From positions 1 to 64,000 of the forward strand of contig CAVZKL010000023.1 of NCBI GenBank assembly GCA_963775895.1: a stretch of DNA of 64,000 nucleotides. Direction: 5' to 3'. The notes beneath the pieces are model-generated. The model made no database searches and had not been told where the DNA came from. It saw only the letters and a list, made by a program, of their open reading frames with translations. Made by a program: the position numbers and the translations under genes. The first letter of the stretch is position 1, and each line of letters starts with the position of its first letter. Below, piece by piece: positions 40,050 through 51,237 of this stretch. The stretch is from Candidatus Bathyarchaeota archaeon (lineage in GTDB: Archaea; Thermoproteota; Bathyarchaeia; Bathyarchaeales; Bathycorpusculaceae).

Positions 40050-41423
40050 ATGAGGAAACTCGTGTCCCCTTTCAAAATATCGCATGAAACAAGAGAGGAA
40101 GTTGCAGATCTTCTTAGTAATTTGATCCGCATAGACACGACCAATCCGCCTGGAAACGAGGCAGAAGCGGCAGAGTTTTTGGCCACAAACTTGGAGAAAG
40201 AGGGTTTCACCTGCGAAACCTATGAATCCAAACCAGGAAGAGGCAACGTCATAACACGCATGATAGGAACTGAGAGAAAACCGAGTCTCCTTCTCCTTTC
40301 TCATTTGGACGTGGTAGCTGCAAACCCGAAGGAATGGAGTGTGGACCCCTTTAGCGGGAAGATCAAAGACGGGTTCGTGTGGGGACGCGGTGCAGTAGAC
40401 ATGAAATCCATGACGGCCATCGAAGCCACGGTTATGAAGCTCTTGAAGAGACGGAACGTCAAACTCAAAGGTGACTTGATCCTGGCCGCAACGGCTGATG
40501 AAGAAAAGGGAGGAAATGACGGAGCTGGTTGGCTTGTTCGCAATCACCTGCAAAAAGTGCAAGCAGATTACGTGATAAATGAAGGCGGAGGCTTAGCAGT
40601 GCCCACAGATAGTGGACCATTGTACACGATACAGACGGCAGAAAAGGGAATTCTGTGGCTCAGGATCAAAGCAAGGGGCACTCCTGGACACGGATCGATT
40701 CCGGGGGCATCGGACAACGCGATTCTGCGTATGAACAAAGTTTTAAGTAAAATCGTGGGCTACCATCCAAAAATCATCATGACACCCACCGTAACAGAAT
40801 ACCTAACTTCAATCGCCGCCGGGGACAAAGCTAAACGGAAAGAATTGAGGAGTCTGCTGAAAAATCCCGCTGTCGCTGACGAAATGTTGGATGTCATCGC
40901 AAAGAAGGACAAGTTCCTGGCAGAAGAGATGCGCGTGAAACTCAGGATGACAATCACTCCGACTATGGTCCACGGTGGAGTCAAAGAGAACGTGATACCG
41001 TCTGAATGCGAAGCGGTCTTTGACTGCAGAGTTCTGCCAGGACAGACCCCGACAGAAGCCTTGGAAACGATCAAGAATCTGCTCTCAGAAGTTGACTTGG
41101 ACAAGTTGGAATTCGAAACAATCGAGGCGAACGAACCGTCTGAATCGCCGTTGCACACTCCGCTGTATGAACAAATCGCGAGCGTTCTGAAGGAGTTCGA
41201 TCCTGATTGCCATGTGGCGCCAGACATGCTGACGGGCGGGACCGATTCACGCTTTTTTAGAAGGCTCGGGATTGTTTGCTACGGTTTTCAACCCATGCAA
41301 GCGGACGTGCCCTACGGCGAAATAAAAAAAGGAATGCATGGCATTGATGAAAAAATCTCTCTAGACAACCTTGCTTTTGGAACCAATGTCCTCTACAGTG
41401 TTGTGGAGAAATTCCTGACTTAG
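40050..41423 (+). CDS. M20/M25/M40 family metallopeptidase (ArgE/DapE-like)
   Basis: SHLDVV, GRGAVDMK, DEEKGG, GGTDSR, HGIDE. Confidence 0.9.
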   Translation: MRKLVSPFKISHETREEVADLLSNLIRIDTTNPPGNEAEAAEFLATNLEKEGFTCETYESKPGRGNVITRMIGTERKPSLLLLSHLDVVAANPKEWSVDPFSGKIKDGFVWGRGAVDMKSMTAIEATVMKLLKRRNVKLKGDLILAATADEEKGGNDGAGWLVRNHLQKVQADYVINEGGGLAVPTDSGPLYTIQTAEKGILWLRIKARGTPGHGSIPGASDNAILRMNKVLSKIVGYHPKIIMTPTVTEYLTSIAAGDKAKRKELRSLLKNPAVADEMLDVIAKKDKFLAEEMRVKLRMTITPTMVHGGVKENVIPSECEAVFDCRVLPGQTPTEALETIKNLLSEVDLDKLEFETIEANEPSESPLHTPLYEQIASVLKEFDPDCHVAPDMLTGGTDSRFFRRLGIVCYGFQPMQADVPYGEIKKGMHGIDEKISLDNLAFGTNVLYSVVEKFLT

Positions 41424-41482
41424 AACGAACTTATAAGCGCGTTGAACCTTTCTCTACAGTATTCCAATAAGGAGATCTCACG

Positions 41483-41773
41483 ATGCCAGCAATTGAAGTG
41501 GGCAGAATTTGCGTCAAACTTTTAGGCCGTGAAGCTGGAAGAAAATGCGTGATAGTTGACCTTGCAGACAAAAGTTTCGTGTTGATCACAGGGCCAAAAA
41601 AAGTGACGGGCGTCAAGAGACGGAGAGTGAACGCCAGCCACATCGAACCTCTGCAAGAAAAGATCGACCTTAAACGCGGAGCATCTGACGAGGAAGTGGC
41701 AGAGGCGCTCAAAGCGTCAGACAAGCTGGAGACGATGAAGAAAATAGTCAAACCCGCATTTCCCGAGGCTTGA
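41483..41773 (+). CDS. rpl14e: 50S ribosomal protein L14e
   Basis: [22 protein letters not shown]...GVKRRRVN. Confidence 0.95.
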   Translation: MPAIEVGRICVKLLGREAGRKCVIVDLADKSFVLITGPKKVTGVKRRRVNASHIEPLQEKIDLKRGASDEEVAEALKASDKLETMKKIVKPAFPEA

Positions 41774-41905
41774 GCCAACCCCCAAGACAATTGCTTCAAC
41801 CAGATTGTGTGTGACTCCTTTTTGAATGAGCCCCGAGGTTGACGCGCACATCTAAACTCATATAGTTCAGACACTTTCTACAGTTTAGGAAGTGACACTT
41901 CGAAA

Positions 41906-42948
41906 ATGCCCAGAACCATCGCTCCTTGGGAAGTGAAGCATGAACTACTGATGAAGGCTGAAGGGCAGACTGACCCTAATTTCGGACGCACACCTGAGCA
42001 GAGATCGGCTGAAGAACTGACGAATAATGGTGTAATAAACTTGGACAAACAAGCCGGTCCGAGCAGTCATGAAGTCGCTGCGTGGGTCAAACGCATCCTG
42101 AAACTGAACCAAGTTGGTCACGGCGGGACTCTAGAGGCTGTTGATTAGGCCAGAGAAATCCCAAAGTGACCGGTGTTCTGCCCGTTACTCTAGGTGACGG
42201 CACGAAAGTGGTGCAGGCACTTCTCCACAGTGGCAAAGAGTACGTTTGCGTGATGAAGCTTCATGCAGACGCAGGAATAGAACAAATCAAGAATGTTCTA
42301 GCTCAGTTTGAGGATGTCATCTATCAGCGTCCACCGTTGCGAGCTTCTGTGAAACGGCAAGTTCGCACGAGACGCGTCTATTACTTGGACCTGCTTGAAA
42401 CAGATGGACGAAAAGTGCTGTTTCGAGTGGGCTGCGAAGCGGGAACGTACATCCGCAAGCTCTGCTTTGACGTGGGCGAAGTCTTGGGTTGTGGAGCGCA
42501 CATGCAGGAATTGCGAAGAACTAGATCAGGCCCGTTCCTTGAAGATCAAAGCGTAACCTTGAACGACGTTGCGTATTGGCGAATGGAGTGGGAGGAGAAA
42601 AAAGACAAGACAATCCTCACCAAGTTCATTCAACCGATGGAACGGGCATTGGACCTGATTCCAAAAATCTACGTACGTGACTCAGCGGTTGACGCGCTGT
42701 GCCACGGTGCGAACCTGACTGCGCCGGGAATCCTTTCATTCGACAACCACATTAGAGCAAATCAAATGGCCGCTATTTTGACCTTGAAGGACGAAGCCGT
42801 AGCATTGAGCATAGCCTTGTTTAGCGCTCAACAGATTATGGAAATGGAACACGGAGTCGTCGCAAAAATCGAAAGGGTGCTGATGCCCAGGGGTACGTAT
42901 CCAAGGCGATGGAAGAGCGGACACAAAGATAATGAACAAAAAAACTAA
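41906..42948 (+). CDS. cbf5: H/ACA RNP pseudouridine synthase Cbf5, split by a 23-nt BHB intron
   Basis: DKQAGPSSHEV, GHGGTL|D|PKVTG after removal of 42135..42157, GTYIRKL, PUA domain. Confidence 0.95.
42135..42157 (+). other. Archaeal pre-mRNA intron with bulge-helix-bulge motif
   Basis: GGGA-CTCT-AG^A-GGCT...GGCC-AGAG-AA^A-TCCC; splicing yields CTA GAT CCC (L-D-P). Confidence 0.92.
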
Positions 42949-43549
42949 AGAAGCAGACCACTACTTTTCGGCGAGGCCAAGATCAAGAGCGAGATTCGGC
43001 TTGATTCAAACCTGCCTCAGGGGACGATCTTTTGAATTTCTCACGTCTTCAGGCATTTTCTCGAAAAGTCGTATTGACCTCGGGACAAGACTGCTCATTG
43101 AATGCATGACACTTCCCGAAAAGGGTTACACGTTGGACATGGGTTGCGGCTATGGGCCCGTCGGCATTGCCGCAGCGACTCTTAAACCTGATCTGAAGGT
43201 TATCATGGTCGACGTTAACCATAGAGCAGCGTTGTTGGCAAGACAGAACATTCTGAAGAACCATCTCTACAACGTCGAAGTCAGGAGGGGTGACTTGTAC
43301 GATCCTGTTGAGGATGTGATTTTCGACTGCATTCTTTCTAACCCGCCGGTGAGCGCCGGAATGGAAACGGTCAAAACCATAATCTGCGAAGCTCCAAAAC
43401 ACATGGCAAACGATGGTTCGCTCCAGATGGTTGTCAGGTCCAAAATTGCCGGAAAACGATTACGCACCTTTTTCGAGGAAGCTTTTGGAGATGTCGAGAT
43501 ATTGGCGCGGGAGAGTGGTTACCGCGTGCTGATTTCATACAAACAGTGA
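42932..43549 (+). CDS. RsmC-like class I SAM methyltransferase
   Basis: GIFSKSRIDLGTRLL, LDMGCGYG, SNPP. Confidence 0.85.
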   Translation: MNKKTKEADHYFSARPRSRARFGLIQTCLRGRSFEFLTSSGIFSKSRIDLGTRLLIECMTLPEKGYTLDMGCGYGPVGIAAATLKPDLKVIMVDVNHRAALLARQNILKNHLYNVEVRRGDLYDPVEDVIFDCILSNPPVSAGMETVKTIICEAPKHMANDGSLQMVVRSKIAGKRLRTFFEEAFGDVEILARESGYRVLISYKQ

Positions 43550-43675
43550 CTCCGTCTGTGTTTTGGAGCACACGCGCGTTGTCGCGACTCTATGGCTTCT
43601 AGAAATTCTTTTTATGTGCTACGCTCCGTTTGAGCGCGCGTTTTGAGAGCACCGCATACGTTGTCAGAATTTCTT

Positions 43676-43933
43676 TCACTCGTAGCGTTTCAAGTAAAGC
43701 GGTTTACCAGCCTCTTTTCTCCTCACTTCCAACGATACATCCTTGAGCGAAGTGACAAACCTCAGTGTTTCAGTAATTTGTCCTTCTGCAATGCTCTCAG
43801 AGATGACCTGAATATCTTTTTCAGATTTGGCCTTAGCCCCACCCTCACGCATCGTCAGACACCAAATCAGAACCAGAGCGCAATTAGATATAGGCTTCAG
43901 AGCTAATAAAGGTTGTTCCACAGGTTTAACCAA
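43676..43933 (-). CDS. Small hypothetical protein
   Basis: ORF only; start uncertain. Confidence 0.3.
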   Translation of the reverse strand: MVKPVEQPLLALKPISNCALVLIWCLTMREGGAKAKSEKDIQVISESIAEGQITETLRFVTSLKDVSLEVRRKEAGKPLYLKRYE

Positions 43934-44131
43934 AAGATTCTTACCGAAAGATGAAGCCCGTGCACACCAGCAACCTAGAGTGGTTTTCTGTACTTAACAC
44001 ACTCAGAACCCGTGGGCGAGCGAACTGGGCGACGTTTCTTGTATTCAACGACGAATTAGCTAATTCTTAAATGCTAGACAGAAGTGACTAGCAACTGATC
44101 CCACGATTTCCATGAAGCCGGAGACGTACTA

Positions 44132-45037
44132 TTGATCAAAGACTTTTTCGGCCGCAATCTTGCGGCTATTACCATACTTGGAAGTGTAGTGTTCGGATTC
44201 TTCCTCTCAGACACTGGCAACTACTGGAAGCCCTACACGCCATACCTTCTCATGCTTTTGATGTTCTCAACCGTTCTGACGATACGGCCACGGGACATCG
44301 CAGAATCTGCAAAAGACACACGCTCTCTGGCTTCTGCAATTTTCATAGTGTTTGTCATCGGACCGGCCTTGGCATTCACGGGTAAGTTCCTCTTTTCGCC
44401 AGCAACGTTTGCAGGCATAATCCTTGCATTGTGCGCCCCGTCAGCAGTTGCAACAGCCTTCTATTCTGGCTTATTCAATGGTGACACGGCATACGGGTTT
44501 GTGATGAGCATAACCACAAATCTGATAGCCATTCTCACGATACCCACGACGATGTTTCTTACTGTTGGGGCCGTTGTCAGCTCAGACCTGACCTCGATGT
44601 TTCTGAACTTGACAGAGTTGATTCTCGTACCTACAATCATAGCGTTTCTCGCTCAGAGAACTCTGCGTTCAAGCCTCGTTAAGATTTCTCGACACACTTC
44701 AAAGATCAATCTAGCTATTCTCTTTTTTCTAATATGGGCTTCGATCGCGCCAGGATCAGCCTATGCCCGTCAGAATCTTCTCGAGTTCATGTGGCTGACC
44801 ATTCTTATGCTTGCGGTGTTGGCTACCTTGTTCGTAGTTTCCTACGGACTTGCTGTCAGACAAGGGCGCAAGAAGGCTATCACGGCTGGTGTATCTGCGA
44901 GTGTGAGAAACGGGGCGTTGGCGCTGGTCCTTGGAACAACGTTTTCCAACCCTGAAATAATCTTGCCGCTTGTGGCAAATCTTGTGGCACAGAGTCTCCT
45001 TCTGGTTGCCTTGGGGATTGTTTTCAAGGATGGTTAG
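44132..45037 (+). CDS. Bile acid:sodium symporter (BASS/Acr3-like) transporter
   Basis: ~9-10 TM, CAPSA, VRNGALAL. Confidence 0.8.
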   Translation: MIKDFFGRNLAAITILGSVVFGFFLSDTGNYWKPYTPYLLMLLMFSTVLTIRPRDIAESAKDTRSLASAIFIVFVIGPALAFTGKFLFSPATFAGIILALCAPSAVATAFYSGLFNGDTAYGFVMSITTNLIAILTIPTTMFLTVGAVVSSDLTSMFLNLTELILVPTIIAFLAQRTLRSSLVKISRHTSKINLAILFFLIWASIAPGSAYARQNLLEFMWLTILMLAVLATLFVVSYGLAVRQGRKKAITAGVSASVRNGALALVLGTTFSNPEIILPLVANLVAQSLLLVALGIVFKDG

Positions 45038-45172
45038 TTTGTTCAAAGAAATATGACATATCAACGTTATCATTGTGAGATGCGAATAGAACCTTCCTCT
45101 ATAACAAAGTTAGGGAAAACTCAAATATATCTGCAACTCACTACCAAGTATAAGGGAGAGGAGCGAATAGAA

Positions 45173-45826
45173 TTGAAGGTAAAGGGTTTTTGGACGATTT
45201 TGATCGCAGTTGTCTTGACTTTCAGTGTCGGACTCCTCATGTTCAAGAGCGGTGCGTTTACGGTGAGCGGATCTGGCAGTTTGAGCATTGCCAGCGTTAT
45301 CTCATGTGATGCGTCCGGAAACCCTCAGAACGCTTTTGGACCAGGAAAAATGGTATACTTCAAGATCACTGTTGACTACTCTGGATCTGATAGTGAATAC
45401 GTGCTGTTGACCGCCAACGTGTACGATATAGGTAACAACCCGCTGGGAGTGGCCTATTCTAACGTTTCAATCAGTCAAGGTGAGTCTGCTGTGGTTTTAG
45501 GCTTGCCCATTCCCAAGTCGGCGACAATTGGAAATGCAACAGCTTACGTAGATGCCTACTCGGATTGGCCAATGAACGGTGGTCTCCCCTTATGCCCCGA
45601 AGTGAGTACCGTGTTTCTCATAGACCCGCCAGTGCTCTTGGGTGACGTTACCGGACCTGCAGGCGTTCCCGATGGCCGGGTCAACATGATGGACATCATA
45701 GCCATAATCGCCAAGTTCGGAACCAAACCTTCGAGTCCAAACTGGAATCCCAACATGGACTTGAACAAAGATGGCGTAGTGAATATTCGCGACTTAGCCA
45801 TTGCATTGATGAACTTCACTCCGTGA
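45173..45826 (+). CDS. Secreted protein with C-terminal dockerin-like domain
   Basis: Signal/TM; GDVTG..PDGRVNMMD and DLNKDGVVNIRD Ca-binding repeats. Confidence 0.75.
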   Translation: MKVKGFWTILIAVVLTFSVGLLMFKSGAFTVSGSGSLSIASVISCDASGNPQNAFGPGKMVYFKITVDYSGSDSEYVLLTANVYDIGNNPLGVAYSNVSISQGESAVVLGLPIPKSATIGNATAYVDAYSDWPMNGGLPLCPEVSTVFLIDPPVLLGDVTGPAGVPDGRVNMMDIIAIIAKFGTKPSSPNWNPNMDLNKDGVVNIRDLAIALMNFTP

Positions 45827-45992
45827 GCAGCGAACGGCAAACTGAAAAAAAGAGATGCTCGGACAAAATTCTCACAACTTTTCATTGAGCAGGTTAAACT
45901 GTAACACGAGCAGGCGAAATTATCGCAGTTTTCTTGAACGTTGGGCACGTGCAAAGATGCTTCTACTTAAAACACTAGGCAGTATCCAAGGG

Positions 45993-46247
45993 CTACTCGT
46001 TCGCATTGCTCGCATAGGCGCCGATAGTCCTCTCTTGCTCCTCTTTTCCTCTTTGTAGTGCCTCCCAATCTCGCCACGAAAGTCCGGAGATCAGGAAAGG
46101 CAAGAGCATCGCTAAACCCAACGTGGCGGTCCCTGCGAGGTCATTATTGCGTGAAGCCATTCCGATGAGGGTCGAGAGACCGGTGAAAAGCATGAGACAG
46201 CCTACTACTAGAAAACCGATCGCAAAATAGAAAGTCAAATGCTTCAT
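45993..46247 (-). CDS. Small 2-TM protein
   Basis: Two hydrophobic helices. Confidence 0.45.
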   Translation of the reverse strand: MKHLTFYFAIGFLVVGCLMLFTGLSTLIGMASRNNDLAGTATLGLAMLLPFLISGLSWRDWEALQRGKEEQERTIGAYASNANE

Positions 46248-46350
46248 TTAGCTTCAGTTGCCCCTGATGTTAAATTCTGCTCATGTTTTTCGTTGATGAG
46301 GTTTATGAAATCAGAATGCAGATTCAGAATATTGCAAAGAACGTGAGGCA

Positions 46351-46776
46351 CTAGTGAGAAGAGACGAGAATGGTTGAGTTCGCATCAACCAATATCCCGG
46401 AAGATGATTCTCTCAGTTCTTTGAGGCGATTCTCAACGGTCTTGCAGATGCTCATTCTGATTTCACTATTGTCGGATGAAGATATCCGATTTAGCTTTCT
46501 GGCAAGGTTGCCGTCGCCGAGAGTTTTCTCGATCCAATTTTGAAAGTCATTCCTCTGAAGGTGGAACGTCAGGCTTTCTGACTTGACAGATCTCACCTTG
46601 TCAAGAAAGTCGGACAGGCTTCCAGCTTTTTCACCGGTCGGCTTTCCAACCGTTTCATAGAAGTAGAAGGCTTCTTGGTCTCCTACCGTTCTAAGAATTT
46701 TCTCAGCGTCTAGCCTAAAGTCGAAGTTGTTACTTTTCCTTGTTCTCTTGCTTCTTGCGGGCACTCTTTTCTTCAT
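46351..46776 (-). CDS. DUF5752-like protein
   Basis: AFYFY..GKPTG..A.SL.DF...SLTFHLQRNDFQNWI...LGD..LA. Confidence 0.7.
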   Translation of the reverse strand: MKKRVPARSKRTRKSNNFDFRLDAEKILRTVGDQEAFYFYETVGKPTGEKAGSLSDFLDKVRSVKSESLTFHLQRNDFQNWIEKTLGDGNLARKLNRISSSDNSEIRMSICKTVENRLKELRESSSGILVDANSTILVSSH

Positions 46777-46925
46777 TTTTAATTTATCACCTAGGACCAA
46801 GCCTTGCATCTTAAGACTTAATAAGTCTTCCTCTTGAAGTGTCGAACGCAAAGACAGAATGCCTAAATTGTTGCGGTTGCCAACGAAACAAGGTTATTAA
46901 GAGGTTCATCAGAATAGTCGGGAAT

Positions 46926-47366
46926 ATGACGGGTCTACTCGGAAAGGCTCCATTGACGTCTGATGTTGCTCTTTTCATCGAAATTGCAGTCATCGTAGCC
47001 TTGTTCGTTGGGCGCTTCGGATTTGCCCGGAAGGGGAGAATTAAGGCACACGGTGTCACAGCCTTGATTGCAACCGCGCTTCACACGGTCACCGTTCTGT
47101 TGGTTATGATACCTTCGCTTCTAAGATCGCAGAACATATTGTTCACCGATTTTTCGAGTCCAGCCATAATCCTAGCATGGATCCATGCGCCTCTAGGACT
47201 GTTGGTTCTGATTATGGGATTGTACCTGGTTTCAGAATGGAGATTTCGTCCTCCAGGCACCACTTGCTACAAGAGAGCGAGACTGATGCGACCTCTATGG
47301 CTGTTATGGGTACTATCTGTGGTCCTTGGGCTGTTGATTTACTTGGCCATAGCGATCTATTCATGA
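46926..47366 (+). CDS. DUF420-like 4-TM membrane protein
   Basis: Four TM helices with conserved His (KAHG, WIHA). Confidence 0.6.
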   Translation: MTGLLGKAPLTSDVALFIEIAVIVALFVGRFGFARKGRIKAHGVTALIATALHTVTVLLVMIPSLLRSQNILFTDFSSPAIILAWIHAPLGLLVLIMGLYLVSEWRFRPPGTTCYKRARLMRPLWLLWVLSVVLGLLIYLAIAIYS

Positions 47367-47407
47367 TACCGCGCCCGCACAGGATGAGGTGGGGTGAAAG
47401 CTTAACC

Positions 47408-47758
47408 ATGATCACGATTGAAGGAATCAAAGTCAAAGCGAGGATGATTCCAGGGAAACAACTTGTCACTGTGTGGAATGCGTTGACCACCAAGCCTTTT
47501 CCGAGAGTGAAGGTTTTTCAGCTTGAAGACAGCGATTTTGACGATATCTTACGACGCAGAAAGTGTGGAGCTGATGAAAGAAGAGAGTTGGAAGAGTGGG
47601 GACAAGTTCTCTCACCCAAGAGTACAGACGCTTGTGTCTTCAATGCTGACGAAGCTGCAGAATGCGACTACGTCATACTCGTCAGAGAAAACCCCTACCA
47701 CAGGCTAGAAGAAGTCTTGGAACATGAACTGTCCCACATTGCCAGAGGAGACCTTTAA
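47408..47758 (+). CDS. Small zincin-like protein
   Basis: C-terminal EHELSH (HExxH). Confidence 0.5.
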   Translation: MITIEGIKVKARMIPGKQLVTVWNALTTKPFPRVKVFQLEDSDFDDILRRRKCGADERRELEEWGQVLSPKSTDACVFNADEAAECDYVILVRENPYHRLEEVLEHELSHIARGDL

Positions 47759-47780
47759 ATCCAAACGGGCAGCAGCCTCT

Positions 47781-48866
47781 TCAATCGACCACATTTTTGC
47801 CCTGAAGTTGCGGAGACGGAGCATTTGGCACCTGCTTTCTGCCAGTCAGAATTTTCACACCTGCCCATTGGAAAGCCACGTAGGATACGATCAGTTTGAA
47901 CCACAGAGTCACTACTCTGGTTAGAAGAGTCACCGAAACGCTTAGGGCCGCTGGAATACCGAGAACGGTGTAGGCACCGCTCACGATCACCTCGGTGAAA
48001 CCGACAAAGGAGATGCCTATTATTTGCAGGCTTCCAGTCAAAGCGTAAATGATGAGCACTTTGTCGACGGGGATAGGATAACCCAAGGAAGCGAAAGTTA
48101 AGAACACCACTGAAACGTCAAAAACTGAACTCAAAATAGAAAACAACGCTGGCTGAACTAACGTTGCAGGCTTAGCACTTAGGGCTCCTATGCCATCATG
48201 AAACTTTTCCAGAAATTCTTCTGCCTTGATCTGAAATTCTCTGGAATTCCAACGTCCTTGCCGTAGGAACGTTGCTGCGCTTATCAACCAACGCAGTATT
48301 CTCCTCGTTGCCTCACGTCTAGTGCTCAAGTACCAAACCAAGGCCAGTGAGAAGAGCGTTAGAAACAGCACGGCGACGATGAATAGTAGGACTCCTTGGG
48401 AAAGCAGGTAGTTTCGAGCCAGAAGAACCAGGCCCAGAATCAACTCTACGACTGTTATTAGCATTACAATGATCTTCTGACTCACAACCGAAGCGACGAT
48501 TCTTCCTGCGTCTTGATCAGAGGCTTTGGCCAGTATGTAAGACTTTGTGAAATCGCCAGACCATCCAGGTTCAGGAACCGTGGCGTCAAAGAACATACCG
48601 ACCCACATGAGAAAGAATAGCTCTTCGCATCTGGACTCTCACCGCCAGATTATTCAAGAGGCTACGCCATGCCAAAGAAGCAAAGAGGACACTCACGACG
48701 AAAGCCATGAAAGCTGAGGCGTAGTAGAAAAGGTCAGCTCGCCTTATGACATCGGCGATGTTGCCGGTACCCACGAAATAGTAGAGGTAGAGACCAGCGT
48801 GAGCAACCCAAGGCCGATGAACAGAAATATCTTCTTTGAGAACAGTGGCTTTGGCGGGCTAGTCAT
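47781..48866 (-). CDS. Flippase-like / lysylphosphatidylglycerol synthase TM-domain protein (frameshifted)
   Basis: AWRSLL, FFDATVPEPGWSGD, GFTE, LLTRVVTLW. Confidence 0.75.
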
Positions 48867-49006
48867 GTTGACGTTTTCTCCGCTCTTCAAGTATTTTCGG
48901 GATTGGTTAAAATTCTATCGCATTTCACGACAAGGAAAACTGCAAAGCGCGCGCGAGACGACGCTAGCGTACGCGTGGATATTGCTCTGAAGAAAGTTTA
49001 GGTAGT

Positions 49007-49534
49007 CTAAGCAGGGTGTTTCGGTTTGAGAAAACTGTATGTCCTTTCTCCTTTTCTCGATAGGTCAAACAGTCCATTCTTTGTCAACTTAGATATTATC
49101 TCGCTCTCTTGCAAGTGATGATCACTGAGGGATAATATTCCATTCGGTTTTAACACTCGGTACAGTTCTTTCAACACTCTTTGAGGGTCTGTCAAATCAT
49201 GAAGCACATCGTAAAGTAGGGCCACGTCTATGCTGTTGTCTGGCAACCCAGTGTTACAATCTGTCAGTATCGTTTCCACATTTGTAAGATGGTTCTTCAA
49301 CGCGATTTGTTTGATCATTTCAATGGCTGTGGGATTAACGTCTAGAGCATACAGCTTCCCTGATTTTCCGACCAATTCAATCACTGCTTTCACGTAGCTA
49401 CCGGAGCCGCATCCATAATCCAGAACCTGAAAACCTTCTTTGATTCCTACTTCCTTCAAGACGTCCTTTCTAGGTCTGAAGAAATCTCGAATCTTGAAGG
49501 TGAGAGCCATAAGTCTGAAGCCCAGATCGGTCAT
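49007..49534 (-). CDS. Class I SAM methyltransferase
   Basis: VLDYGCGSG, RVLKPNG. Confidence 0.85.
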   Translation of the reverse strand: MTDLGFRLMALTFKIRDFFRPRKDVLKEVGIKEGFQVLDYGCGSGSYVKAVIELVGKSGKLYALDVNPTAIEMIKQIALKNHLTNVETILTDCNTGLPDNSIDVALLYDVLHDLTDPQRVLKELYRVLKPNGILSLSDHHLQESEIISKLTKNGLFDLSRKGERTYSFLKPKHPA

Positions 49535-49733
49535 TTACGCATCCTCGATCGTTTTGTCAGATGTCTGAGTTCTGTCGGCTTTAAGACTTTTTGTTGAAGC
49601 CGCGCCCCAGGCACTTTCGAGACCTATGAGACTTGCAAGTTATGTGACGCACGCGGATTTGTCGAAGTCAATAAATATCAGGAATGCATGGGCTTTCAAC
49701 GAAAGACCCTGAACTTGAAGGGCGACGTGAACA

Positions 49734-51230
49734 GTGTTGGAAAAGGATGAGATAAGGGTTCAGTATTCTGGCTTCGTGGTCTTTTCGGCTCAGATCGTCA
49801 GTGTCGCCACTGGACTCATATTCACGCTTCTGCTGACGAGGAATATGACAAAGCCAGAGTACGGTATATGGGCCAACATCTTCGACGTGATCGGCTATTT
49901 TCTTCTGCTGAGCAGCGTGTTTCCGTTCTGGACGATGCGATTCGTGGCTCGTCAGAAGCAGGGAGCAGCCAAAACGGGTTTTCTAGCTAACTTGTTTGTC
50001 TCTCTGATCTTTGGTCTCGTGTACATTGCATTGACGCCGTTCGTAACGGCTGCACTCCATATTGGCTCACAGTATGTGCTCGTCTACGTCATTGCGTCGG
50101 TGCAAATAATCAACATGTACCTCATCGTCGTGTTAGAATCTGTCTTAAGGGCAAAGAAGCCTCAGGCCATCGGCTACGGTCTTCTCATAGAAGAGGTCTG
50201 CAAGATAGTCCTCGCCTACCTGCTGATCATCGGGTTGCACCAATTGTTCTTGGGAGCAGTCTTGAGCCTGATAATTGCAGCCGCGGTTCAAGTGCTCTAC
50301 TATTTGAAGCTGACCTCGAAAGAGTTGAGACAGAGGATTCAGTGGGCTTATGCAAGAGAATGGCTAAAATCCTCAGTCGTGAATATTTACAATGCCGCTG
50401 GAAATCAGCTGGCAGCATCAACGATCATCCTACTGTTCGTCTATGGTGGTCAGGCGGCAAGAGGGAACTATCAAGCAGCGATGACGTACGCAAACATTGT
50501 GGGCTACTCCCTCTTTCTCTCATACGCACTGTATCCCAGACTTCTAACCAAGAACAACTCCGAAGATGTGACGTCGACACTAAAAACGGTCTTGATGTTT
50601 GCAATTCCGATGACAGCCATCGTGTTTTCTTTGCCAGAATCGCTACTGACAATTCTAAATGTCCACTTCAATGAAGCAACGCCCGTTCTCATGGTGTTGG
50701 CCATAGACGCTTTTGTCGTCGTGATTTCGCAGTTCTACTCTTCAGTCATATTTGGCGCCGAAAAACTCGACGAAGAAGCGAGGATACCTTTCAGAGAACT
50801 CGTGAAAAGCAAGATCTTCAAAGTGTTCACGTTACCTTACTTGCAAGCCATCATCGCGATACCCACGTGTTTCTACGTTCTAACTCGGTATGCGAGTGGG
50901 CTTTCGGTTAACGCAGCAGTCTTCGTGACAGCGATCAACCTTGCGGCCCACGTTGCAACACTTGCAATTCAATACGGCATGATGCGCAATTCGGTGCGAA
51001 TCAATGTTCCTTGGAAAAGCATCGGAAAATACCTTATTGCCTCTGCCGTTTCAGCAGTCTTCTTCCACATGCTTCCGGACACCACCACGATACTGTTGAC
51101 TCTGTGCGTGGTCTTAGCAGGAAGCGCCATTTACGCTTCAATATTGTTGGCAATCGACAATGATGCGAGAAACTTGGTGGTAGCAATCTGGCAGGAAATC
51201 AAGACTATTCTAAACGTACGCACTGCCTGA
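49734..51230 (+). CDS. MATE/Wzx-like polysaccharide flippase
   Basis: ~14 TM, LTRNMTKPEYGIW, LYPRL. Confidence 0.7.
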   Translation: MLEKDEIRVQYSGFVVFSAQIVSVATGLIFTLLLTRNMTKPEYGIWANIFDVIGYFLLLSSVFPFWTMRFVARQKQGAAKTGFLANLFVSLIFGLVYIALTPFVTAALHIGSQYVLVYVIASVQIINMYLIVVLESVLRAKKPQAIGYGLLIEEVCKIVLAYLLIIGLHQLFLGAVLSLIIAAAVQVLYYLKLTSKELRQRIQWAYAREWLKSSVVNIYNAAGNQLAASTIILLFVYGGQAARGNYQAAMTYANIVGYSLFLSYALYPRLLTKNNSEDVTSTLKTVLMFAIPMTAIVFSLPESLLTILNVHFNEATPVLMVLAIDAFVVVISQFYSSVIFGAEKLDEEARIPFRELVKSKIFKVFTLPYLQAIIAIPTCFYVLTRYASGLSVNAAVFVTAINLAAHVATLAIQYGMMRNSVRINVPWKSIGKYLIASAVSAVFFHMLPDTTTILLTLCVVLAGSAIYASILLAIDNDARNLVVAIWQEIKTILNVRTA

Positions 51231-51237
51231 GTCTTTT

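Noticed and set aside
45640-45826. Dockerin as evidence of a cellulosome
   Set aside because: No cohesin or glycoside hydrolase in the window; such domains are common on archaeal surface proteins.
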